Assembly: GCA_904063045.1 (NCBI GenBank)
Contig: CAJFCJ010000023.1
Coordinates: forward strand, 682,001-746,000
Length of the DNA: 64,000 nucleotides
From: Dimorphilus gyrociliatus
Lineage: Eukaryota > Animalia > Annelida
Direction of reading: 5' to 3'
In this document: in pieces, positions 41,885 through 56,703 of the stretch
How the letters are laid out: every line of letters starts with the position of its first letter
How positions within the stretch are numbered: position 1 is the stretch's first letter
Position numbers and translations under genes: made by a program
The notes under the pieces: model-generated
The model's database searches: none
Seen by the model: only the letters and a program-made list of their open reading frames with translations
What the model was told of the DNA's origin: nothing

Positions 41885-44800
41885 ACACCCCTCAATCCCC
41901 CTCCCCCATACTCTCAATATAAACACATGTCCTTACTCCTATATTAAACTGCTTTAGCTTGATGTGCAGACTCTGAAGTAATTTTCATTCACACATCTAT
42001 CAACACAGTGTGGTGACTCTTTCGAAGATATTTTTGGATGAGTGATTAAGGATTTTCTACCTGCACACTTTGTTAATGCAATTGTCGAGATTTACTTTTT
42101 TCTAGCTTTAATGAATTAAACTGTACTCTCTTACGTACTTGAAAGAATAAGGGTTTTTGAAATAAAATTGATGACAATTAGTTTTTTCTAGGGAAAAAGT
42201 ATCTCTATAGAAGCATTCGATGAATGGGAAAAAAAGGGGAAAAAGAATAAAAAAACTGGTAATTGAATAGGGAAGAATCTAGGAAAATTGTCTTTATCAG
42301 TTTAATTCGTTAATAAATAAAGATTAGATTATCGAAAAAAAAACAGCGTATAGTTACGAATAAGATAAATAATGGATGGTAGTGTTAGACTGTCATTTCA
42401 TTCCGTAACCCTAAAGAGATGATACAGGATAAAAGGAGGAAAAAGAGAGAAGATGATAAAGGGGGAATGTGATACGTATGTGTATGTGTGTTTGTGTGTT
42501 GGACAGAAAACAATATCGTAAATGAAAAGAAAGCATAGTTTTAACATAGCACAATTCAATTAGGGATGCGTGCGTTTTATATATAAAAAAAAACCCCAAG
42601 TCGCCTTATGTATTCACTTTCACGTGACATTTTTAATTTTTCTTCATTTATCATTAAGATACGCTACTTATTCTTACGAAGATAATCTTTCATCTATCCA
42701 TTCCCTTCCTACATGTTAATATTGAAAAATGTATAAAACGTATAAAATTATAACGTTCTTTGTTTTTTTTTCCTTGACTTTCATCCTTTCATACTTTCAT
42801 TCTTTCAATCTTTCTCACTCTCCTTTAATTCCATACTTTCTTTTATTTCCCCCCTTTTTGTCCTTTTATATAATCATATGAAAAGAATAGTAAATTTTTT
42901 ACTTACGATTGATTGAACTTGCATTTGAAATAATATTCCCAGTATTCTCTGAACCATGGATTATCCAAATTTGAATGGGGTCTTAATTTAAGGAAATATT
43001 CGTCAAAGCCTTTTAGAGGTTCGGCATACGGTTGGACGGTGATAGCACCTTCCACTTGCGCTTCGTTACCATCCGAAACTAGAATTCTTCCGCCCCAGCC
43101 GTCGCTGCCAATCCAAGCGAAATAACCTGTCATATTGTTCCGTTTGACAGCTTTCATCAGTTCACCAACTTCCTGGTCGGAACCGAATACTATTACACCT
43201 GTTAAAAAAACGACTTGTATCGAAAATTTTATCACGTCTTTTACAAGTTAAAAATAAGCCAGAGGAAAAGGCCACTAGAAATTTGTATTGTAACATTTGC
43301 TTTTCTTTCGCTCGTTTCCTTTCTTGTTTTACGAAGGGAAAGAAAAGACAAACCTCTTGCGCTTGAATCTGCTCTCAGCCTCTGTACTATCTTATCGTAG
43401 GCCTCATCGGTTGCCACACCTGAATCCTTAATTAATTTGTCAGTCACAGCCAAGCAAAGACCTTCCATTCTTATCCTGTCATAAATCTCGGCGTAGGCCT
43501 TTTCACCGTAGCTCGATTCCTCGTAGACAATGGATACATATGTCCAATTCAGCATTTTCACCAATTCAACAATCACCTCTGCTTGATTTTTATCCGATGG
43601 TATTGTTCTCATAAAAAAGGGGAAGCGTTTCTCAGAGCTCAGTTCCGAGCTGGTTGAAAAGAAGCTGACCTAAAAAGGCGAAAGGTGATTCTATGGATAG
43701 ACGTCGAGAGACGTTTTCTTTGTTCATCTCACGATACGGTCAGTGAAAAGAGGAGGTGACGAATAGACGCATTTTTTCATTAATCACCTCATTGCCTCTA
43801 AGGATTGGAGGCATTCGAGCGTTTTATATATGTGAAACCTTTAACTCTTCCTTGACAGAGAAGAGAAAGAATAATAACCCTAGCGTGCCTTATTAATCTT
43901 GTAAAAATTCTTGATTCTTATCCATTTTCCTGAGACTAATCGACAAGGTTAAGGTTATCGAGAAGAAATTAATACAACTATCTCTTTTTCCCTTCATTTT
44001 CGCCTGTATCAATTTTTTTGCGAAGAAGGAGAATGAGAGAAAGAAGAGGATGGAGGAAAGGAGCTTTTGTCTTCTTTGCCTTTGCCTTCTCTTCTAGACT
44101 AAATGTCGTCATTAATTTACGACAATCGATAATATATGTCAAAATACAAATATATATTACTAGTACAGTATATAAGACATATTTAAACCTTAAATATTTA
44201 ATAAAGCTTTTCTTAAAAAATAACAAGCTATATCCTTCTCTGCATAAATATATTAATTCGAAGAGAATGGAAAAGAGAGAGAGCCGGATTACGAAGAGTG
44301 AGAGACAAGAAGAATGAGGCAATACTGTGGAACAGGGGCGGACGGTGGAGGAAACGGAGAATGACGTGTGAGAACGGACAGACTCCTGCCGCCTGTAGTG
44401 GTGCTTATGTTTTTCTATTTACGGCGTTAGTAATGTAAAGGATACTCTGTCTATATTTGATTTTAGACGTAGTTTCATTCGTTATCTCCTCGCATCAAAG
44501 ACCCCATAATGAAACAAATAAAATACTTAAAACGAACAGTAATGCGTATTGAATATCTTACTTGAGGGATTTTAAACAACTTTAACAAATTTGCAACTTG
44601 AATTGACGTAACACTGGACGGGGCGGCAATTACTCCTGCCATTACTTCTGCTCTCTTGCCACTTGAACAATCGGTGGCGCCGGTTAACTTTGACACTGAA
44701 CCTGTTTTTTTTTTTAATTAATTTTTCAACGTAAAACGACGAAAAATATTCGACGAGTGTTTGCTTGTATTCTCTTCAATTTCGCCATTGACAAACATTT

Positions 44801-45874
44801 AGATTATACTTTATTATCATAGGTTGTTTAAAAACTTTTAACCTTACATACGTTTCGTTTACGCACTCACCGACTTATTGCCCTACTCAAATGAACATTT
44901 TAAAAGTAAGCGTTCTTTGAATTTTCCGTTTATTAAGAGAAACTCGCTATCAACTCTTTAATTGTTGAACAAGAAGTAAACGCTTAGTAAGGAATAGAGA
45001 AATGATAATTAACCCAAACAATTGTTTTTATGGTTTCTTTAAACAAAGATCAAATGTTTTCGTTTGTTTGTTCGTTCGTTCACTCTCTTATTTTGCATTT
45101 AAATTAAAAGTTGGAAAGGAGGAGAAGATGAGCGAGCTTTCGGATTGAACAACACGAAATATGTGTCACTTTCAATATATTTTTTAGAGAACAGCAAAAA
45201 GCGAATGCAAGTATAAATAAAATCTAGGCTCCTGTGGCCGATTTACTATTTTGCTGCGGTGGGATTTTTCAAAATGGTTTATATAAATATAAAAGCAAAA
45301 TAAATTCAATAAAAAACTCTATTCATAAGAAATATACAAAATTTTTCCAATTATTTCTAGCTATGTAACCAAATTATATAACTATCTCTATTTCATATTC
45401 TAGTTCTTATTCTTCATTTTTCTTTTCTCTTCTTAATCATGCTACCTACCCTATCTTTAATTGAGATCTTTCTCTCTTTCCTTTACGACGTTGACATAAT
45501 ATCGTTTATAGTAGGCAACTTGTATCTAATCAATTGATTTTTCGTTAGAATTTGATCATGACCTAACCCTAACGTAAATAGAAAGGAGAAAAACTATTAA
45601 GGATTGTTAATGACAAGACAGGAGACACTCAGAAGAGAGCATTCCGCAGTCACAACACTTTCTTAATCTTACGTGTAAAAGTAGAGAGCTGTATGGATAA
45701 TGGATACGTTACTCTTTTATTCGACTATTAGAAATAAGGGAAAAGGAGAAATAGATAGTGAAGAATAGATAGAATACATCACCCTTTTCATAATCATCAA
45801 AAAAACTTTTAATGTGCTTTTTTTATCTCCTGATTTTTACCTACTGTGATCATTTCTCTCTCTCTCACTCTATC

Positions 45875-45939
<65 letters not shown>

Positions 45940-47652
45940 ATATCTATACATCTATACATCTATACATCTATCTATTTATCTCTGGCTATCTCTTTCTTCC
46001 TTTTCCCCTCCCCCTTCTTCTCACTTGCTGCCTGTCCCCTATTGCTCCTCTATCCTCTTCCTCTTAACCTCAATGCTTTCTTCTTCCCTATATATTTGTT
46101 CTCTCTTATGAAATAGTCGTCTTCTTTCTCTGCTCTTCGATAAACGTTAGCGATATGCTCATGTAACAATTAATAATTTTTTTAGCTAGTAACGTAAGAT
46201 CGATATAATATCATCTGCGGTTGGTGACCGTACAATTTTGCAAATTAGTTTTTAGAAAAGCCTATTCTGCGCCTTTCGCATGCTCTGGAAATGCTCTGGA
46301 AATGCTCATAGAGAACGTACTAAAGAGTTATTTAAGAAGTTTCTTACTTGAAAGTTATACTAGCTATAAAGCTAATTTAATGAACCTGTAGGTTATATAT
46401 GAATTGAAATGACTAGGCGAAGCCAGTGAATATTGGCCTTTTGTATGTCGTACAGTGACAAAATTGTCTCTCTATCTATCAACTTGTTAAGTTGCGGTTA
46501 CTCTGTCACGAACATGCCAAGACGACCCATCAGGAAGCCGATAGCTTTCCTCACTCAAACCAAAGAAACAAGTGAATTTACTTACCGCGTATAAAATCGA
46601 CTGACTGCTCTAAACCGTAAATATCTCTATCACAATCATCCTTAATTCGTGCTCCTAGATTAATCCCAGGGATGATTTTATTGTCGTTAATCCATCTATC
46701 AAAAAAAAGAAACGAAAATGCTATAGGAAATTTACACACCCGAAAGGATTTTGACAAAGATAGAGAGAAGAGAAAGGAAAAAAGGGTTAGCATGCTCCTT
46801 CTCTCCCTTTACGATTTTCTTTCTTTTTCTTTTCCTCTTGCAAGACATGCAAGTTTTGTTTATATGAAAAACCCTTATCCGTCAGTTAATACTGTCATTT
46901 ACCAAATGTTTTCTCTAGAAGGAAATTAAAAAGCAGCATATCTCTAAAAATCTGTTATTTAACAAACTTAACAAAGGGAGGGATGGAGGGAAGGAGGGGA
47001 GGAGGAGGGCAGGGAGACAGGGATAGTCAGATTAATATATATATATATATATATAAATTTATATATTGATAAATAGATAGATAGATAGTTAGATAGATAA
47101 ATAAATAAATAGATTGATCGATCGATTGATTGACTATTTGATAGATCAATTGATAGCAATTTGTTTACTTCTTTCGTTTGTTAAATAAAATATAGGTAAT
47201 GTTGAGAAAAACAAAAAACCGTTTCCGATTGGAAAATCTTGGTCAAATATTGAAGAGTTTTTTCAAAATTATTCGACCAAGTGAACTGAAGCGAAAATAA
47301 AAACTAGATTGAAATTAAAAACTGCTAAATAGCAAATTAAATTCAATTGATAACTTTTTCGGAGAATAATAATTAATACTAATTGCAATCTTTCTTAATT
47401 GCGCATTCCTTAAGGCTTATTGAGGAGTTAGTTAAATTTAAAGATCTACCTGATTGTGTAAAGCATAGCTTCAGTCGCTTGAATTCCTCCTTGGGGCATG
47501 ACTTGTCCACAAATTAAGTGCTCATCTCTTTCGTGGATCATCATTAATCCACCTATAGCTACATCGCCATCTATAATGGCCACCTGATCTTTCTTTGGCC
47601 ATATCAACTCACAATTAGCAACTGAGACAAGTAGAATAATGATCGAGTTCAT
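35142..47652 (-). CDS. Class C GPCR, mGluR-related, mXR/mangetout-like receptor
   Basis: Exons 47450-47652, 46586-46695, 44562-44701, 43354-43669, 42907-43198, 38209-38347, 37906-38145, 37042-37399, 35903-36664 have consistent phases; the last exon (~35142-35236) is uncertain. Venus flytrap motifs (GGLMMIH, QGGIQATEAM, SSVTSIQVANLLKLFKIPQVSFFSTS, VFGSDQEV, SDGW, NPWFREYW), Cys-rich domain (CCWTC) and 7TM (ASGREL, LLTKTNRIYRIF, IPEAFNESKHIGFTMY). Confidence 0.92.
41815..41882. repeat. (CT)n microsatellite in the large class C GPCR intron
   Basis: Uninterrupted CT run of about 68 nt. Confidence 0.9.
45876..45938. repeat. (TCTA)n tetranucleotide microsatellite
   Basis: About 15 TCTA units; this repeat explains the spurious IYLS ORFs in the track. 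Confidence 0.9.
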
Positions 47653-50600
47653 TGCATCATTCTGCAAACAAAGTATAGTATTGTAACAAGAAATTTGAGA
47701 ACTTCGCTTCGGTTAGCATATTAACAATATAATCTATGTTTAAAATGAGAAAGAGAAGCAATCGAATAAATAATTTACAAATACGTGCTGGGTAAATTAG
47801 CTGAAACTTTAAATCAGACAACCAACCAACCAACCATTTAGATTATATTGATTTTATCTAAAATTAGATAGCAAAGAGATTTTCATCCAATCTATGATCA
47901 GATTTAAAAGAGTCAATGTTCTCAATTAAAGTCGATATTATGTATAAATACATAAGGCATTAATACTATTAATACTATTAGTACTATAAATAGAAAGATA
48001 TTGCTTGTTCTTTCTACACTTTTATTACTGTTTTTCTTCATTTTCCAATCCAATCAAAAAGTCTTTTATCATAGATTATATACAACTTTTCAACGCAATT
48101 TCAATTAACTCTACTACACACTTCAAAGACGAAAAATCTTAATTCTTAGCTATTTTCAACCTCTCTTTCATCCCTATCAAGTTGTCTTTCGGTAAATAAT
48201 CACACATTTTCAATTGATATTTCATAGCTGGAAAGTGATGAGATAATCAGTATAAACTTTAGACTAGCGATAAAATTCGTTCACATTTCACAAAAATATT
48301 GTCTTCGTCATAGAGGACACGAGGAGAGAAGGGCAGAGCATGTCCGTTTAAAGCATCAATAACCTTCCCTTCTCGATTCCTCTACAGTTGGACTGATCTT
48401 TCCTTTTAGAGTAAATAGCCTCCCCCTCAAGTAATGTTTAGAGGAAAATTTCACTCTATGAATTTGTCATAGGTTGTGTCAATCGTCGCCACTCGGATTG
48501 AATATTTTCTCTTTCTTTTATTCATCTATTAGGATGACACTGTTCGGTGAATGGGAAGGATCGTGGATGGCACTAGTAGTAAACTTTTTTTTTACCGTTC
48601 TACGCACCTGTATGGTTTTCAATTTCTGTACAAACTAGTCTCTCGTCCTCTCCAACGTTTCAGCGTTTGTCTTATAGCAGACAATTCTAAGTGTTGTTTG
48701 TTTTAATATTACTTGTTTTTTCAGCCGAATAAATTCCTTAAACCGGCCTCTATTTCTCGAGAGTAGCCTTCTTCTATCCTCTCTCTATATACAGAGATTA
48801 TAACTTTGTTCCATCCACAAGTTGTAAAAAAGCAAAGTCAATAAAAAAATCGTAATATGGGCTACGAAAAGGAATTGAATTCCTATAATTAACGGCCTAA
48901 TCGTCCATACTTTACAATAGTTTTTTTTATAAATTATTATGTCTTATCAATAAAAGGGAAAAAAGCCGATCCTTTGGTTGATTTCCTGTAAAATAATATC
49001 ATCACAATTTACAAACATATAAGGAGGGGCCTATAGAAGGTCTTTTCACTTCGCTTTAGAATTCACCCTAAGCATGGCAATCATTTAGCGTTTTGTTCAA
49101 ATGTTTTTCCGTGGCGGCCACATTTAGTTTTATACACTGCGCATGAGATCTACGTGCGAAGAAACCAACTAATACAATCGATGGAGATTTGAAGAAGAAT
49201 ATTTTCAAGAACAGAACAGAAGAGAAAAGGACAGAAAAGATTAATGAGGCGGATAAGAAAGAGAGGGAGAGAGGGATTAGATCCGTGTTTCATTCAATTG
49301 TTGACTTTGATGGATCGCCAAGGAACTGGTAACCGTTTCAAGAATGTTAAATGCATTTCGCTTATTTTTGAAAATTGAAGAAGAGTATGATGAAGAGAGT
49401 GAAAGACTCTTAGGAAGGGATTGCTAATGTCACACTCTATGTGGCTAAATGTAAGGATAATTGATAGGAAAAGGCTAACACTCTTTATTCAGTTAGCCTT
49501 CTTATTTGGTTACGTTTAAGGAAAACATAATAACAGCTAATAAAGAAAAGCTAAGACTGCCAAGGGAGAATGTAATCTAAAGTGCTGATGGTTTCTTCTC
49601 AAAAGTCTCTTATTCGGAAATAATCTCATAGAGAAATATAGAAATAAGACGGAAGGGAGAAGCGATATAGAGAGATTTAGTTTGTATACTACGTATGCTG
49701 TTTAAATAAGCTATTCATAAAGAAAAGCCTTCTTTTATATACTCACTCTTTTATTGCTTTTTCATTATACTGTCTCAGCTATGCTCTATGTACAAGCAAA
49801 TATAATTTTGAAAAATTTCCATCTTTCCAATATGCGGACCATTTAGGAGAGGAAAATAAGGCATCTTTGACCTTAATACGATTCTTCGATATGTCTAGTC
49901 TAGCAAATTTATTCTCTGATCAATCTCTCTGCTTCGTCTCCTCTCTCTCGCTTCCTTTCTGCCTCTCGCCCTCCCTTCCCTCCTTCCTACCAAACGGCCC
50001 TAAATTTCCAAGAATCTCGTTCTAATTTGCTTATGCCCGTTCAAAGTCATATTAGATAAATAAAGAGAAAATATCTCACTCTTTCTCTCTTTGCCGTTTT
50101 GAGTGTTTATAATTGCTTTGTTATATAGAATATAATAATTACCTTCCTTCTCTTAGGATAATTAATTAGCTTTAGAGATTTTATTTAGAGAAAGACCGGG
50201 GAAATACTATGTTTTCTTGTCTGAAACTGTTTGAGTCGTTTCCAAGACGACTTTGGGCTAATTCCAAACGTTCTTGGGCTATTCTCTTACACTTGACTTG
50301 CTTCTTTGCTCTCGCAGAAAGACTTCAGTATGTCTAAGTACGGCTTCATCGATTGCCTGATTTTCGCCTATTACAAAAATTATATCGTCATCTACTATCA
50401 AAGGCATGTCACTTTCCCCAACTATTTCAATTGTTTTATTCTTATGTATTTATCATTTCGTTCAATCAAATATTGAATATTCCGTTGACATGAAGTAGAC
50501 GAGAGGCCAAAGGAAAAACTCTCAATATTTTCGTCATCAACCCTTTTTGATGGCTGGCTGGCTGGATGGATGGATGGATGAATTGGTTTAGGGTTAACCC

Positions 50601-52147
50601 TTTCATTGGATGGACGAATGAGACAATGAATGACGGACGGTGAATGAACAAGGCGATTGAGTAAATAAGGTAAAGTAGAAAAATAATTTGGTAAGTTTAT
50701 TAAAAAATAACCCGGAAAAATCTGGGAAAACCTTAACCTTAAAAGAAGAGAAAAAGAAAGCGGTTCTCTTTTTCGACTAAGTAAAGATAGAAGAGAAAAA
50801 TGATTAGAAACTTTTGTATTCTATAGTGAATTTCCTCAGGGTAAATAAAACACAACAAAACAAAAGCAACTGTGCTGCTTTGCTTTCTTTTACCCCTTCT
50901 CCTTTTCTTTCTTTCGGAATAGATCACCATAAAAAACACACTAAAAAGTATAATCTCGCTATTCAACTCTTAATCAATTACGTATACCAGCGTAATTGAA
51001 AATAATGAATATTAATGAACAAGGCGTACAATTCCTGTTTTAATATTTTCCAGCCCAGAGAGAGAGAAAACATGATCAATTAGTTTTTCAACTAATGTCC
51101 TCATTCCTTCTTTCTCTATTATTTTTGTTAATTTAGAATATTCACTAGGATTAAATTTTTTATTCTAGATTTTTCTTGAATAATTAATTCAATTATTAAT
51201 AAGTCTTCTTTCTTAACGAAAGAACAAACTACGCATGAAAGTTTAGCATAGCATAATTTATTCCCTTTCTCTCTTTCCCGTATTCTTCTACCACATATGT
51301 TACGGTTTGGAAAATTATGATTACTTAAAAGTGAACATGTTTTCTTTCTTCCTTTCACTCTCTCTCTCTTTCTCTCTGTCGCTTTGTCGTCTTTCTCATA
51401 ACAGTAATCTAATTAAAGGTGCGAGTTAATATCTAAAGTCTAGGATGTGATAAATTTTAAGTAGCTCTTGCATAGTATAATAAGATTGCAGAGAGAGTCG
51501 AGTTTACAGTAGAGTATGAAGGAAAGAGGCAAAAACAGTAGATGATTATAAAAGAGAATTGCGAGAAAGTTGTATGAATTAGAAGAAAGAAAAGATTGAA
51601 AGAAGGGAAGAGAAACAATATAAGAAAAGAAATATGAATGTTTTATTAATTCGCAAGCAAGTTGCTGATTAAATTTTACTCTTTTGTCTACTGTTGCTTA
51701 TCCAACAGTGTAGTATTACCTATTATTTTTACATTTTTGCCAATATTGTTATTGTAAACAAAAATCAGGGTTACTTTTCCTTTCTTTTCTCTCCCAATTC
51801 TCTACTCCTCACCTTTTCAGGTTGTCTTCCTTCTTTCACATTATTAACCAATAAAAGATATTTCTTTTTATTTCATTATTTGTTCGTTTCTTCATATTCC
51901 GTCCATCCATCCATCCATCCACTTCGCTCACCTAACCCTCCCTCCTTCATCTGCTCATTTATTCTTTTCTCTCTTTCTTTTCTCCTTACAGATACAACAA
52001 CAAAAAAGCAACGAAAATCTCACCTTATATTTCATTTATTTCTACAAGTTTAAGACCGCCTATCCATTAGTTTCTACCCTCAACGCTTAACTTTCTGCCG
52101 ACTGTCTCTCGTCAGGCGTCGCTATATGATTTTATTTAACTCAGAAT

Positions 52148-53302
52148 TCAACCGATAGATGGCGTATTCAAACACATATTTATGAAAAACGCATGAAAAC
52201 GATAATCATCAGTTAGTTCAGGATGAAAGGATGTTGCCAGAAGTTGATTTTGACAAACGGAAACGGGATGCCTGAAAGAAAACCATGGTATTGGTGGATT
52301 GTTTTACAAATGTAATGGCTAATTATAAGCATCGCGTGCAATATTACTTTGTTTTGTCTAATTTACATATTGGAGTTATCGACGTATCAGCTACAGTCAA
52401 CTCAAAGGAATATTTATTCTTTTATATTATTATGTTGTCTACGAACCTGTCTAATGTTGCCAAAACGCGAACATCCTCCGAATCGATGCTCTTTATCGAA
52501 GGGGCTCTAATAAAGATTCCCGGAAATTCCCCTCCCAGCTCCTCGTCCAATGTCAACTTGGCTTCGAAACTATCCTTTTGCCGTCCATAGGAATTTCGAA
52601 CTGTTGTCACGTGCAAACCGCCAATCTTTTGAAAATAGAGATAGAATTAGAAAGAAAAAAGTCAAAACTATGACCAGAAAATTTGATTTCTTTTGACAAA
52701 TACTGACTAGTGATTGACTGTTATTTTTCCAATCCAGAACATTATTTGACAGTAGTATTAATCCAGCGCACGTTCCCCACATTGCTTTCTTTTTAGACAT
52801 CCAATCCCGTAAACTTTCCATAAAATCTTCCGCCTGCAATAATAAACAAACCCTCTGGGTATCAATTAATACAATTATCATTCTACCTGAATCATACTTT
52901 CCGCTATCCCTATTTACATAATCTTGCCAAATGAAAAACTTGAAAGAGAGTTTTTTCTCTTTCCTACTATTCCTAAAAGCTTTCTTTTCCGTTTCTCTAT
53001 CTGTCTGTCTGTCTGTCTCTCTCTTTTCTAACTCAATTATTCTTATCACAAATTACATTTTAAAAACGCTTATCAGCTTCTATGTTTATTCCTCTCTATC
53101 GCTGATGGTGTTTCAATTAGTGAGTAGAAAGAATAATTTTTCGGTTTATAAATCACCCTAACATGATCTCTACAGCCATGACTTCTTTCTATTCCTTCTT
53201 CTACCCTCTCTATCGTCATCAGTACCCCTATGGCTAACCCTAACCTTATCTTTAACCCTATCTTTTATACATATTACGTTTTTAGTGTGGTTTATAATTA
53301 AC

Positions 53303-53333
<31 letters not shown>

Positions 53334-53545
53334 TTGTATTTTACCTTGAGGAAGATGGACATTGTCGTACTCTCTCCTCCAGGTATGACCAAGCCATCCA
53401 AACCATTTAAATGTGAAGGTTTTCTGACTTCTTCTACTTTCAGTTCAATGTCTTTATCTACGAGTTGGGTAGCTTTTTCAAAAGAATATCTGTGCTCTTT
53501 GAAAGCTCCTTGAAAGCATAAAATTCCAATTCGAACGTCTTTCAT
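52148..53545 (-). CDS. PDX2: PLP synthase glutaminase subunit (PDX2/SNO/PdxT), 209 aa
   Basis: complement(join(52148..52271,52447..52625,52708..52833,53345..53545)). Motifs: [34 protein letters not shown] (nucleophile Cys), [30 protein letters not shown] (His-Glu of the triad). Confidence 0.95.
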
Positions 53546-54062
53546 GTTGATTGTGCAAGTTGGACGTGTATAACCTGTACGAAATGTAGGGGAGAGGAAA
53601 AATCGGGTTAGTATTTAAAGATTTGGTTACAATTCGTATAATATTTCGTTTTTATGTCTTTCTTCAATCGTCATCCTCCATCTCCTCCTCTAGTTTGGTT
53701 TTCAAAGAAAGAAAACCAATAATCATTGTGACTTTCAAGGTTATTGAAAAATAATTACTATACCTCTCTATTGTTAACTATCTAAACAAATAAAGATAAG
53801 AAAAAAGAAAAAGGGTAAAAATTACTGTTTAAAGGGAAAAAATGCTCTCCTCTCTCTATTACAGTCTTCTTGTACTGCCTGTCTCAAGTATTGTTGGCAA
53901 TGAACCACATTTTGACTTGGCCTCTTATTGTATTTTTCTTATCTGCGAAAGTACATGGCGGTTGTTTATATCTTTTCTATCGTTGAACTATTGACCTTGG
54001 TATTTACTATAAAAGGTACGAGATTTCGTCTATCTTTCAGTAAAATCCTTTACGTATACAAC
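53546..54062. promoter_or_regulatory. Putative shared bidirectional promoter of PDX2 and PDX1
   Basis: 517 bp between the divergent start codons (the PDX1 ATG is provisional). YY1-like ACATGGCGG at ~53953-53961. Confidence 0.45.
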
Positions 54063-56665
54063 ATGCCAATTTTACCAGGTGTTAAAGACGGTTCGTATCA
54101 GAAAATTCAATAGCAGATTTCTCTTCTTCTTCTTCTTCGTCGTCGTCGTCGTCGTCTTCTCCATTTTCCTCTTCATCTAATAATCTTTATTATTTTGAAG
54201 TAAAATTTCTATACTTTTGAAAATTGAAATATATTTCTATAGGTAAACCACTAAATGAAGGACAAGACACTGTTCCCAGTATTGGTTTTGGTACCTTTAC
54301 CGTCAAGTCTGGTCTTGCCCAAATGGCAAAGGGAGGAGTCGTTATGGATGTGACCAACGCCGAACAAGCGAGAATAGCCGAACAGGCTGGGGTAAGCATA
54401 AAAAGAAATGGAGATATAGAGATATAAATAGATAGATAGATAGATAGAAAACTCCCTTTGCTTCCCCTTGTGCAATAGTTTTGCAAATGTTTAAGTCATA
54501 CATTTTAAAATAGGCTTGCGCCGTCATGGCTCTCGAGAGAGTGCCGGCAGACATCCGAAAAGATGGTGGAGTAGCAAGAATGTCCGATCCGAAGGTGAAA
54601 TTTTCCTACTTTCTAGTATAAAACATTCTAACAATTAACAAGTCTGTACAAAACCCTATAATAGAAAATTAAAGAAATTTGCGAGACAGTATCAATTCCC
54701 GTAATGGCGAAAGCCAGAATTGGACACTTTGCGGAAGCTCAAATATTAGAAGCCTTGGGAGTTGACATGGTTGACGAATCAGAAGGTATATTGTTTTTCT
54801 GCTAGAGAACATCTTGCATTAACAAAGTGTAAGACTATAATTTTCAGACGGTTATTAAAATGCGAAATATACCATCTACTAAATTTTAAATAATAGACAT
54901 TTTTCACTATATAGTCTCTCTTATTTAGCCAAACAATCTATCTTTCCGTTCATTTTGTCTCTCTCTACCTACTTTATATTTGTTGCTTTTCTACAGTGTT
55001 AACTCAGGCCGATTACGAAAATCATATCGATAAAAGGCAATTTAAAATACCTTTCGTTTGCGGAGCAAGAAATTTAGGCGAAGCTCTGAGGAGAATTGCC
55101 GAAGGAGCAGCAATGATAAGAACGAAGGGTGAAGCGGGAACTGGTAAGTAATATATCTTTTACTATTACATTATTAATTAACTAGGCAGTTGTCACTATT
55201 GTTGTCTACACGAATCGGATAGGAGAGAGATAGGGTATTCTTCAACGCCATATAGTAGGCCGAAAAACGTATACAATGCACCATAAGTATGAACTAAGAA
55301 ACTCGACCAAGTAGATTGCGTGTCAATAAACAGCATAGGTTACATGAATAGCATGTACAAGGCGAGAAATACGTCCAGCTTAGCCTTAATTAATCAGCTG
55401 ATAGCTATTAGTGAAGATTTAAAAAAGTGTAATCAAGTTCAAGAGAGAAGATAGCTGGAATAGTAGACTTGAAAAAGATAAGACACGTACTATAAACTGT
55501 ACGGGAGAGATGAATTAAACAATAGAGGAGGAATAGTTGAAATATCAATGATTTATGAAACATTATCTTATTTCACTTTATCTACTGAAAATGTACTTAT
55601 TTTAATGAATTAATCAATCTAACTTTTCTTTACTAATAGATTTAATCATTTCCTATATATTACGTTATACTTTTAAGAATATTCTTTTACATAATTACGT
55701 TCTAGGCAATCTATCATTCAGTCATTTTTTTTCCTTCTCCTCTCCTTCTCCTTTTCCTCCTCCTCCCCCTACTCCCTCATCTTATCTTACCCACCTACTT
55801 ATCTACTTTTTCGTTATCTGAATTTGTAATGGATACGCCTACTTCAAATACAATTCAATTTTTCTTTTGCCACTCGTCTCAACTAATCATTGTTATCTAC
55901 CTTTAATCGAGCCTATCAATAAATTATCTACAAGAAATCATTGACTTTCATTTTCTGTCCGTTAATCTTTATATAATGGCATGCCATTAAATATATAGCT
56001 GTACAAGTAGATCTAATCAATCTTATAGCATGCTATAGCCTAGTAATTCTGCATTTACTTTTCTCTAAATGCAGACCGGAAGCAATTAAATGTCTTTGTC
56101 ACTTATTTTGTATTTTAATTAAGTAGCTAATTAATTATTCCATTTATTTTGACTAGTCGAACTTTTGTTTCTTTTTAAGGAAATGTTGTTGAGGCTGTTA
56201 AGCACGCTAGAACAATTAAAAGACAAATTAACTTTGGAAAATCTATGGACGAAGAAGAGTTATATTCTTACGCTAAAGAACTACAGGTTCCCTATGATCT
56301 GCTAGTTAAAACTGTTGAAATGGGTAGACTACCTATAGTTAATTTTGCGGCTGGCGGCTTAGCAACTCCCGCAGACGTTTCACTACTAATGCAGTTGGGC
56401 GTCGATGGAGTTTTCGTTGGATCAGGTATCTTTAAAAGTTCAAATCCCGAAAAAAGAGCTGTCGCCATGGTACAGGCAGTCACGCACTATAAGGATGCCA
56501 AAAAGATGGCTGAAATAAGCGAAGATTTAGGAGAACCAATGGTAATGAGATTTTTAAACATTACTGCAGCCATAGTCTATCCAATTATCTGTATGATTTT
56601 ATAAACGAGATACTTTTTCGTATACTATACATACTACATATATCAATATACATATGCAGTATAAA

Positions 56666-56703
<38 letters not shown>

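Noticed and set aside
54224-54242. PDX1 start given by the track (MKYISIG)
   Set aside because: It is a TTG inside a polypyrimidine tract ending in the acceptor at 54242, so the true start must be in an upstream exon.
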